Assembly (NCBI GenBank): GCA_017405645.1
Contig: JAFQZZ010000017.1
Coordinates: 4,125 to 68,124 of the forward strand
Reading direction: 5' to 3'
Origin: Bacillota bacterium
GTDB lineage: Bacteria > Bacillota > Clostridia > Peptostreptococcales > Anaerovoracaceae
Length of the DNA stretch: 64,000 nucleotides
Shown: positions 58,401 through 64,000 of the stretch, piece by piece
Position numbering within the stretch: position 1 is the first letter of the stretch
Layout: each line of letters begins with the position of its first letter
Made by a program: the position numbers and the translations under genes
The notes under the pieces: generated by a model
The model's database searches: none
Seen by the model: the letters and a program-made list of their open reading frames with translations, nothing else
What the model was told of the DNA's origin: nothing

Positions 58401-59366
58401 CGGGACGAGAGGGTCAACGGGTTGTTCCTGGGAACGGAAACCCTGGGGCTGGTGGACGACCGGTTCACCGGCACGAAGGGGAGCCTGGGGATCCCGGAAT
58501 TCGGGACCGGCTTCGTCATGCAGATGCTGGAGGACACGAAGCCGAAGACCTTCGCGGACCTGGTCAAGATCGCGGGGCTGTCCCACGGAACGGACGTATG
58601 GCTGAACAACGCCCAGGAGATCGTTTTAAGCGGCACGGCGGAGTTTAAGGACGTGATCTCGGTCCGGGACGACATCCTGAATTACCTGCTGAAGAAGGGT
58701 CTGGAGCCTTCGAAGGCTTTTAAAATCATGGAAAATGTCCGGAAGGGCAAAGGCGTCAAAGGGGATGAAGCGAAATACATGCAGGAGCACGACGTGCCGG
58801 ACTGGTATATAGAGTCCTGCCGGCGGATCAAATACATGTTCCCGAAGGCCCATGCAGTGGCCTATGTAATGCTGTCCTACCGGATCGCCTGGTTCAAGGT
58901 CTATTATCCCCAGGCGTTTTACGCAGCGTATTTCACCATGAAGGTGAACGACTTCAATTACGAAGTGATCATGCAGGGTATCGACGCGATACAGGAACAC
59001 AAACGGAAGATCGAGGAAAAGGGCCGGGATGCGACGCCCAAGGAGAATGCGGAGCTGCCGGTCATGGATCTGGCATTGGAGATGTACTGCCGTGGATTCG
59101 AATTTATGCCGGTGAACCTGCTGCATTCCGATGCGGTGCAGTTCCGGGTGGAAGAGGACAAGGTCCTGCCGCCGTTCTCGGCGCTTTCCGGGGTCGGGGA
59201 AAATGCAGCCAGGTCCCTGTACGGCGACCTGAAGGAAAACGGTATGTTTTTCTCCATTGAGGAGATGAAGGAACGGACCGGGCTGAACCGGACGGCGGTG
59301 AAAGCCCTGGAGGACAGCGGCGTGCTGAAAGGCATTCCAAAGACCGATCAGTTATCCTTTTTCTAA
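55440..59366 (+). CDS. polC: PolC-type DNA polymerase III alpha subunit
   Basis: PHP domain with an inserted DEDDh exonuclease (VVFDIETTG, HNSSFD, HHRADDD), zinc finger CPKC..x(n)..CPICG, and the polymerase core. Canonical position after rseP/ispG. Confidence 0.95.
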   Translation: MEELILRYIDAKELGFPEGETPRLQVDRAVFKENEGRLEIGLTSNFVVPSYVLDVVKDSICHNIEGVRDVTMDFNYENLVEVVIPKAAETPRENGTTKIRNLRISNGRSEIEGIVLGMDVRRLKSGKSLLTLQVTDYTETILVKKFLTAKQAEKMPGKLHKGCTVLVSGDLQYDEFEKSNIFMARKVSYSGEAQDRRRVDTAIEKRIELHAHTKLSKMDGMTDPKALVKRAAEWGHEAVAITDHGVVQAFPDAMHAAEDLERKGKKIKILYGMEGYLVNDVDESDPIPLDSEFVVFDIETTGFSPVSDEIIEIGAVRVKGREVQERFQTFVHASLPIPERITELTGITDQMLEDAPGIRDALQSFLRFCGDAVLAAHNSSFDMSFIREKAGKFGMPVHNREVDTLYLSRALLTELKRHNLAAVARHLDISQTHHHRADDDAWVASMILLKCMDMLEAAGIGSLTEADKVHGIMGAIKSRPSYHIVLFAKNREGLKNLYKLVSLSHLEYFYRRPRIPKSVLLEYREGLLIGSACQAGEVYQSLLNGKSYEECLKTASFYDYLELQPRENNLFLTEGEEKRLGSEEDLIAINKTILDLARDLDKPVAATSDTHYLDPEEAIYRQILMKGMGFEDVEGESGLYFRTTDEMLEEFAYLGEDMARKVVIDGPKEIADAIEDIRPVPLEKYPPKIENSEQDLREMCFAKAHSIYGDPLPEIVEKRLERELNSIIGNGYSVMYIIAHKLVAKSLSDDYVVGSRGSVGSSLAATMSGITEVNPLPPHYICPKCKHSDFDHGEEADCGVDLPDRNCPICGTPYIKEGFNLPFEVFLGFKGDKEPDIDLNFAGEYQPTAHKFIEELFGEEHVFRAGTIGTVADKTAFGFVKKYFEEMKQPVSKWEVNRLAKGCVGVKRTTGQHPGGIIVVPKENDIHEFCPVQHPADDTGTDIITTHFDYHSIDSNLLKLDILGHDGPSIIKMLKDITGVDPMGVPLRDERVNGLFLGTETLGLVDDRFTGTKGSLGIPEFGTGFVMQMLEDTKPKTFADLVKIAGLSHGTDVWLNNAQEIVLSGTAEFKDVISVRDDILNYLLKKGLEPSKAFKIMENVRKGKGVKGDEAKYMQEHDVPDWYIESCRRIKYMFPKAHAVAYVMLSYRIAWFKVYYPQAFYAAYFTMKVNDFNYEVIMQGIDAIQEHKRKIEEKGRDATPKENAELPVMDLALEMYCRGFEFMPVNLLHSDAVQFRVEEDKVLPPFSALSGVGENAARSLYGDLKENGMFFSIEEMKERTGLNRTAVKALEDSGVLKGIPKTDQLSFF

Positions 59367-59380
59367 AGCGGAGGAATGTC

Positions 59381-60232
59381 ATGAGAGAAAACGAAAACGT
59401 GCTGTATCATTATACGGATTATCAGGCCCTGGACGGGATCCTGCGGGAATCGCAGCTCCGGCTCAACAATGTGCTGAACATGAATGATGCCTCGGAACTG
59501 CGGCTGTTCATGCGGGGACTTTGTGAAGCGGTCGAAAAACGGTTTTTGGACCTTGGCCGGGAGGAGACCGCCCGGCAGGTGAGAGAACTGTTCCTCCGGG
59601 AACTGAAACGGGAGTTCAATTATTCCGGCTATGCCGCCTGCTTTTCCCTGTTCCGGGACGAGGCCTCCCAGTGGGAACGCTACGGAAACCGGGGGCGGGG
59701 AGTGTGCATCGGCTTCCGGCGGGATCTTTTGGAGAGGATCTCGGTGGGAGCGGTGTCCCTGAAGACCGTGTTCTACAAGGATGAAGATGATATCAATGAG
59801 CATGAACTGGTAGATGTGTTCTGCGATCTGATGGGGTCGATGGACCGGCTGGATGAGGAAAATCCGAAGATCCGGGAGGTTTTGAACGAAGCCTGGGTCA
59901 GTTCGGCGGCTTTCAAACATCCCTCTTTTGCGGCGGAGCGGGAAGTCCGTCTGGTGGTGTCTCCCTTCGGAAAAGAGTATTTTGATGTGGAGCCCCAGTA
60001 TCATGTTTCCCGGGAACGGATCAAAAAATACTATCCGCTGAACCTGAAGTTCATGTGCATGCGGGAAGGACTGGTGGTGGAGGACCTGATTACGGAGATC
60101 ATCATCGGACCGGAATCCACCCAGTCACAGCCCATCCTGGTGGATTATCTGAAAGATAACCGGATGGAAGGGCTGGCGGATAAGGTCTTTGTGTCGGATT
60201 GTCCGCTGCGAAGGACGCTGGACAGAATGTAA
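59381..60232 (+). CDS. DUF2971-family protein (hypothetical)
   Basis: N-terminus LYHYTDYQALDGILRESQLRLNNVLNMNDASE matches the characteristic start of DUF2971 proteins. 283 aa with its own terminator. Confidence 0.6.
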   Translation: MRENENVLYHYTDYQALDGILRESQLRLNNVLNMNDASELRLFMRGLCEAVEKRFLDLGREETARQVRELFLRELKREFNYSGYAACFSLFRDEASQWERYGNRGRGVCIGFRRDLLERISVGAVSLKTVFYKDEDDINEHELVDVFCDLMGSMDRLDEENPKIREVLNEAWVSSAAFKHPSFAAEREVRLVVSPFGKEYFDVEPQYHVSRERIKKYYPLNLKFMCMREGLVVEDLITEIIIGPESTQSQPILVDYLKDNRMEGLADKVFVSDCPLRRTLDRM

Positions 60233-60236
60233 AAAA

Positions 60237-60265
60237 GTCCTGCCGGAAAAACCGGCAGGACTTTT
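60237..60265. terminator. intrinsic terminator hairpin
   Basis: AAAAAA-GTCCTGCCGG-aaaaa-CCGGCAGGAC-TTTT. Serves DUF2971 on the plus strand and follows the orphan tRNA 3' fragment on the minus strand. Confidence 0.8.
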
Positions 60266-60284
60266 GGCAGGGGCAGAAGGACTC
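60265..60284 (-). pseudogene. orphan duplicate of the last 20 nt of tRNA-Trp (att-like direct repeat)
   Basis: TGGCAGGGGCAGAAGGACTC is identical to 60488-60507. With the preceding TTT, the direct repeat is 23 nt (60262-60284 versus 60485-60507). Confidence 0.85.
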
Positions 60285-60447
60285 TCGTGCTTCGCACCCC
60301 GGCGCGCGGTGTCCAAAAGGCCCGGCCGCTCGCGTTTGCTCGCTGTGCCTTTTGACCGCTGCGCCTGCTCCGTCTCGCTTCATCCGCCACCGGCGGCGCT
60401 CGACTCCACAGCCCGGCACGTTCCCCGTGCCTCGGGTTCGTCTGTAT
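60285..60447. other. GC-rich non-coding insert between the tRNA-Trp direct repeats (element Y)
   Basis: No credible ORF. Several local hairpins in the minus sense (GGCACG-gggaa-CGTGCC; GTCAAAAGGC..x(n)..GCCTTTTGGAC). Shares strings with element X at 47208-47341. Confidence 0.5.
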
Positions 60448-60452
60448 CTACG

Positions 60453-60487
60453 AAAAAACCTCTCCGTGCTAACACGAAGAGGTTTTT
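60453..60487 (-). terminator. intrinsic terminator directly downstream of tRNA-Trp
   Basis: In the minus sense: CCA-AAAAAA-CCTCTTCGTG-ttag-CACGGAGAGG-TTTTTT. Confidence 0.8.
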
Positions 60488-60563
60488 TGGCAGGGGCAGA
60501 AGGACTCGAACCCTCGGCACGTGGTTTTGGAGACCACTGCTCTACCAACTGAGCTATGCCCCT
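60488..60563 (-). tRNA. tRNA-Trp (anticodon CCA)
   Basis: The reverse complement folds as a cloverleaf: acceptor AGGGGCA/TGCCCCT, D arm GCTC-AGTTGGTA-GAGC, anticodon stem GTGGT/ACCAC with loop CTCCAAA, T arm GAGGG-TTCGAGT-CCTTC, discriminator G, and an encoded CCA. Confidence 0.9.
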
Positions 60564-60632
60564 ATATCACAACGTGTATTTTACACGAAAGACAAGTTCT
60601 CGTCAATGGTTTTTTTATAATCTGTTTTCTTG

Positions 60633-60661
60633 TTGATACCAACCTTCTGTTTCAGTATAAT
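60633..60661 (+). promoter_or_regulatory. sigma-A-type promoter candidate
   Basis: TTGATA, 17 nt spacer, TATAAT, about 38 nt upstream of the ATG at 60699. Confidence 0.5.
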
Positions 60662-60698
60662 AATGGCATAAGATATCACTGTGAATTCAAAGGAGTTT

Positions 60699-61379
60699 AT
60701 GATGAGATACGAAATCAAAGGAGAACCCCTTCCGGTAGTCGTCTGCGAACTGGAAGCAGGAGAGACCATGGTCACGGAAGCCGGTTCCATGAGCTGGATG
60801 AGCCCCAACATGCTGATGGAAACCAGCGGCGGCGGCGCGAAGAAAATGTTCGGGAAACTGCTTTCCGGCGAAAGCATGTTCCGCAATCACTATACCGCCC
60901 AGGGCGGGCCGGGCACCATCGCCTTTGCGGCCAGCTTTCCGGGATCCATCCGGGCCATTGAGATCACGCCGGACAAACCGGTGGTGCTGCAGAAACGCGC
61001 GTTCCTGGCCTGCACGGCAGGCGTGGAATTCAATGTATTCTTCCAGAAGAAACTGGGAACGGCTCTGTTCGGCGGGGAAGGATTTGTCATGCAGCAGCTG
61101 AGCGGAAGCGGTCTGGCCTTCGTGGAGATCGACGGTTCCGCGGTGGAATACGATCTGGCCCCCGGACAGCAGATGGTCATCGACACCGGCCACATCGCCA
61201 TGATGGATGCATCGGTGAAAATGGATATCCAGCAGGTGAAGGGCGTGAAGAACATCATGTTCGGCGGCGAGAGCCTTTTCAACACCGTGGTCACCGGCCC
61301 CGGAAAGATCGTTCTGCAGACCATGCCGCTGAGTCGGTTTGCCGGACTCATCGCATCCATGATGCCGTCCAAAGACTGA
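60699..61379 (+). CDS. AIM24 / TIGR00266-family protein
   Basis: Start at the ATG at 60699, with AAGGAG 5 nt upstream. EAGSMSWMS, LSGESMF, FGGEGFVMQQLSGSGLAFVE and GESLFNTVVTGPGKIVLQT are typical of the DUF124/AIM24 family. Confidence 0.8.
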   Translation: MMRYEIKGEPLPVVVCELEAGETMVTEAGSMSWMSPNMLMETSGGGAKKMFGKLLSGESMFRNHYTAQGGPGTIAFAASFPGSIRAIEITPDKPVVLQKRAFLACTAGVEFNVFFQKKLGTALFGGEGFVMQQLSGSGLAFVEIDGSAVEYDLAPGQQMVIDTGHIAMMDASVKMDIQQVKGVKNIMFGGESLFNTVVTGPGKIVLQTMPLSRFAGLIASMMPSKD

Positions 61380-61412
61380 AACACATCGCCGAAATAAAGA
61401 GAGGATGAAAAG

Positions 61413-63080
61413 ATGATCAGGGATTATGATTTTGATCCTGAGAAAAGAGGAGATGCGGCGGCGCAGATCCTTGAGTATATAAGAGAGTATTTGTCAAGCT
61501 TTCGCATGAAGCCCAGGGACGAGAACCGTATCATGCTCATGTTTGAAGAAAGCCTGATTGTCCTGATGGATCATGCGGAATCTGACGAAGTGACACAGAT
61601 CCGGGTGAAGGCATACCGGGTCCTGGACACCATGAGCATATCCCTGACCGTTCCGGGGGAGGAGTTTTCTTTTGCGAAGGAAATAGTCCCGGTGGGTATC
61701 GGTGATCTCTTTGCAGAGGACAGTGACGGAATGGAGGCGGTCCGAAACCTGCTGCTGCAGTCGTTTGGCGACCGTCTCAGGTATAAGCACCGGAACGGCC
61801 GGAACACTGTCAGGATCCAGGCTGTCCGCTCGACGTATTCTTTCCTGTATCAGGTGATGGCATGTTTGCTGCTGGCAGTGATCCTGGGAGTCCTGTGCAG
61901 AGCAGTGATGCCGGAGGCGGCATATCTGGCTCTGAATGACACATTTTTGGAATCCATCCGGACGATGTTTCTGAATGCGCTGAAGATCGTTATTGCTCCG
62001 ATAGTATTTTTGTCCATAGTGGTGAGCATCGCTCAGTTCAACAGCCTTTCGGAAATAGGCAGACTCGGAGGGAAACTGATGCTGCTGTTCCTGATGCTGG
62101 AGGCCTTTGCCTGCGTCATCTCCGGCGGGATCTATTATTTGACCCGGATCATCGGCCTTCCTTTTGCGGGGAGCCTGGCCGGATCCGGCGGAGGAGAAGT
62201 GGAAGCTGCGGCGTTTTCCATCCGGGACATGCTGATCAATATCGTTCCATCGAATTTTGTCCAGCCTTTCCTGGAGTCCAATGTTCTCCAGCTCATGTTT
62301 CTGGGAGTGTTGTGCGGACTCGCGGTGGGGTCCATCGGCGATTATTCCAGACCGCTGCAGGATTTCTTCAAATCATGCTATGAACTGTTCATAAAGGCTA
62401 CCGGGATCCTGACCCGGTTCATTCCGATCCTGGTACTGTGTTCCATCTGGTCGCTGATCCTGACCACCGGGACCGGTCTGCTGTTTTCTTTGGCAGGTAT
62501 TCTGCTCATTGTTTGCGCAGGGATCCTGGTGCTGCTGCTGGCGGACACCCTTCGTCTGAAAATGACGGGGCTCAGCGTTTCACGATTCCTGTCCAAATAT
62601 ACACCGGCCATGGCGTATGTATTCAGTACAGCATCCAGTACGGCGTCCCTTCCGGAAAACATGAAATCGGCAAAGTCATTGGGCATTTCGGAAAGACTCT
62701 ATTCGCTGTCGCTTCCGCTGGGCGTCATCTTCTCAAAAAACGCAAGTATATTTTATCGTTCGCTGACTGTGCTGCTGATGGCTCAGCTTTTCGGCGTTGA
62801 AGCAACCTTTACGGAAGTAATCTCCCTGCTGGTGACCGCTGCCGTGATCACTCTTGCAACGCCGGGAGTGCCGGGCGGCGCATATATCGCTTTTTCCGCC
62901 CTGATCTTTCAGATGGGCCTTCCGGCCGAGGCGCTGGCTTGTGTGATCAGCATTGATGCGGTAATGGATCTGTTCATTGCGGCGGTGAATTGTTACGGTA
63001 CCATGGTGTCCACGCTGACAGTGGCTCAAAGGGAAAACATGCTGGATCTGGATCAGTATAATGATCTGGAGAAAAGGTAA
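61413..63080 (+). CDS. dicarboxylate/amino acid:cation symporter (DAACS) with an N-terminal ~140-aa cytoplasmic GHKL/anti-sigma-kinase-like domain
   Basis: From residue ~150 there are multiple TM segments with DAACS blocks (LKIVIAPIVFLSIV, ASSTASLP, ATPGVPGGA). The N-terminal layout (EESLIVLMDHA...IRVKAY....MSISLTVPGEEF...LRYKHRNGRNTVRI) resembles SpoIIAB/RsbW-type domains, but with degenerate N and G1 boxes. GC is lower than in the flanks. Confidence 0.7.
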   Translation: MIRDYDFDPEKRGDAAAQILEYIREYLSSFRMKPRDENRIMLMFEESLIVLMDHAESDEVTQIRVKAYRVLDTMSISLTVPGEEFSFAKEIVPVGIGDLFAEDSDGMEAVRNLLLQSFGDRLRYKHRNGRNTVRIQAVRSTYSFLYQVMACLLLAVILGVLCRAVMPEAAYLALNDTFLESIRTMFLNALKIVIAPIVFLSIVVSIAQFNSLSEIGRLGGKLMLLFLMLEAFACVISGGIYYLTRIIGLPFAGSLAGSGGGEVEAAAFSIRDMLINIVPSNFVQPFLESNVLQLMFLGVLCGLAVGSIGDYSRPLQDFFKSCYELFIKATGILTRFIPILVLCSIWSLILTTGTGLLFSLAGILLIVCAGILVLLLADTLRLKMTGLSVSRFLSKYTPAMAYVFSTASSTASLPENMKSAKSLGISERLYSLSLPLGVIFSKNASIFYRSLTVLLMAQLFGVEATFTEVISLLVTAAVITLATPGVPGGAYIAFSALIFQMGLPAEALACVISIDAVMDLFIAAVNCYGTMVSTLTVAQRENMLDLDQYNDLEKR

Positions 63081-63178
63081 ATCCTCTGATAAAACAAACG
63101 ATAGGGAGGCACAGAAAAAATATTGTTCGGAATAATACGAAACTGAAAATATTTTTCCGGATTTTTTTCGGCTTTTAC

Positions 63179-63206
63179 TTGACAAACAGGAAAATGGTGC
63201 TAGAAT
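63179..63206 (+). promoter_or_regulatory. promoter of the T-box leader
   Basis: TTGACA, 16 nt spacer, TAGAAT, with TGC just upstream of the -10 (extended -10-like). Confidence 0.6.
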
Positions 63207-63211
63207 GAGCA

Positions 63212-63480
63212 ACAAGAAACCGATGAGGAAGAGTGAGTAAGTCACATCCCTTCCTGCACAGAGAGCCGCGGATGGTGGGATCGCGGTGAGGAACATGAGA
63301 CCGAATGGACTTCTGAGGGCGAGCGGAAAGGTTTTCCGAGTATGCGAGCCGGGGCTGGACTCCCCGTCAACAAAGGTCAGCATATGATGGTATGCGTTGA
63401 GTGGGCGTTGAAAAACGTCAAGCCGGGTGGCACCGCAGGAATGTATCCTGTCCCAGCATTACTGGGACAGGTTTTTTTTA
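63212..63480 (+). promoter_or_regulatory. T-box riboswitch leader, Trp-specific (specifier UGG)
   Basis: K-turn GATGA..GA at the Stem I base, S-turn AGAGTGAGTA, and AGAGAG / GGTGGGA distal motifs. Specifier loop GAA-TGG-A-CTTC has TGG at 63306-63308. T-box sequence GGGTGGCACCGC is at 63425-63436. Terminator CCTGTCCCAG-catta-CTGGGACAGG plus a T run lies at 63447-63479. Confidence 0.85.
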
Positions 63481-63540
63481 TTATCTCTTGTCCCGGACCA
63501 TCAACCAAATTATTTCATGGAAAGGAAAAGGAGAAGAATC

Positions 63541-64000
63541 ATGAAGTACAACGAGATCCCAACAAAAATCTATCTGGAAGAAAACGAAATGCCCAAAGCC
63601 TACTACAATGTACGGGCCGACATGAAAAACAAGCCGGCGCCGCTGCTGAATCCGGGCACCGGGAAACCCTTTACCGCAGAGGAACTCAGCGGCGTATTCT
63701 GCGAAGAACTTGTGAAACAGGAACTGGACGATGACACCCCCTACATCCCCATTCCCGAGGAAGTCCAGCAGTATTATAAGATGTACCGGCCGTCCCCGCT
63801 GTTCCGGGCCTACAACCTGGAAAAGAAACTGGGCACGCCGGCCCACATCTACTATAAATTCGAAGGCAACAACACCAGCGGCAGCCATAAACTGAACTCC
63901 GCGCTGGCCCAGGCCTACTACGCGAAGAAGCAGGGCCTCAAAGGCGTCACCACCGAGACCGGAGCCGGTCAATGGGGGACGGCGCTGTCCATGGCCTGTT
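63541..64000 (+). CDS. TrpB-like PLP-dependent enzyme (tryptophan synthase beta chain 2 type), 5' part only
   Basis: Not in the ORF track because it has no stop in the window. My translation from the ATG at 63541 (RBS AAGGAGAAG) is open to 64000. It contains YYKFEGNNTSGSHKLNSALAQAYY (PLP lysine) and TETGAGQWGTAL. Confidence 0.85.
   Translation, partial: MKYNEIPTKIYLEENEMPKAYYNVRADMKNKPAPLLNPGTGKPFTAEELSGVFCEELVKQELDDDTPYIPIPEEVQQYYKMYRPSPLFRAYNLEKKLGTPAHIYYKFEGNNTSGSHKLNSALAQAYYAKKQGLKGVTTETGAGQWGTALSMAC

Noticed and set aside
60102-60620. ORFs of 117-148 aa spanning the tRNA-Trp and the GC-rich insert on both strands.
   Set aside because: They run through a tRNA gene and two terminators. 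They are Arg/Pro/Ala-rich translations of GC-rich non-coding DNA and have no start signals.

Overview
This is a 64-kb chromosomal segment from a Gram-positive, Clostridia-like Firmicute. The assignment rests on a PolC-type polymerase, a T-box leader, SLH- and sortase-anchored surface proteins, and pyrH-frr-uppS-cdsA-dxr-rseP-ispG-polC synteny. I can support about 58 protein genes, 2 tRNAs (Ala-GGC, Trp-CCA), one Trp T-box leader and several intrinsic terminators. From about 3.9 kb onward the window is GC-rich core genome. It carries LMW-PTP, a histidine phosphatase, Fe-ADH, a VanRS-like two-component pair, pdxK, an M18 aminopeptidase, a GH3 hexosaminidase, a LysR regulator, an SLH surface protein, an amidase, alr, glpK, two transglutaminase-like exoproteins, deoC, scpAB, ggt, a GlcD-like oxidase with etfBA, a Cna-B wall protein, plsC, pfk, cobB, sbcCD, ilvE, pyrB and the polC cluster. 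The first ~3.9 kb is visibly lower in GC. It looks like a stack of accessory cassettes (vat plus a P-loop kinase, two GNATs, two toxin-less TA remnants) inserted at the 5' end of the LMW-PTP gene. I saw no CRISPR array, rRNA, transposase, integrase or reverse transcriptase. I could not identify a complete, clearly novel multi-gene system. The most unusual signals are: (i) the repeat-bounded cassette stack; (ii) a GATTGGAGAT motif sitting just after stop codons in gene-sense orientation; (iii) an att-like duplication of the tRNA-Trp 3' end enclosing a ~200-bp GC-rich element that has a shorter relative at 47.2 kb; (iv) a phosphohexomutase homologue with all catalytic motifs degenerate, coupled to a THUMP methyltransferase; (v) two domain fusions, PyrB with the PyrI zinc domain and a GHKL-like domain with a DAACS transporter. 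All calls come from reading the sequence and from remembered family signatures; nothing was searched or computed by software.
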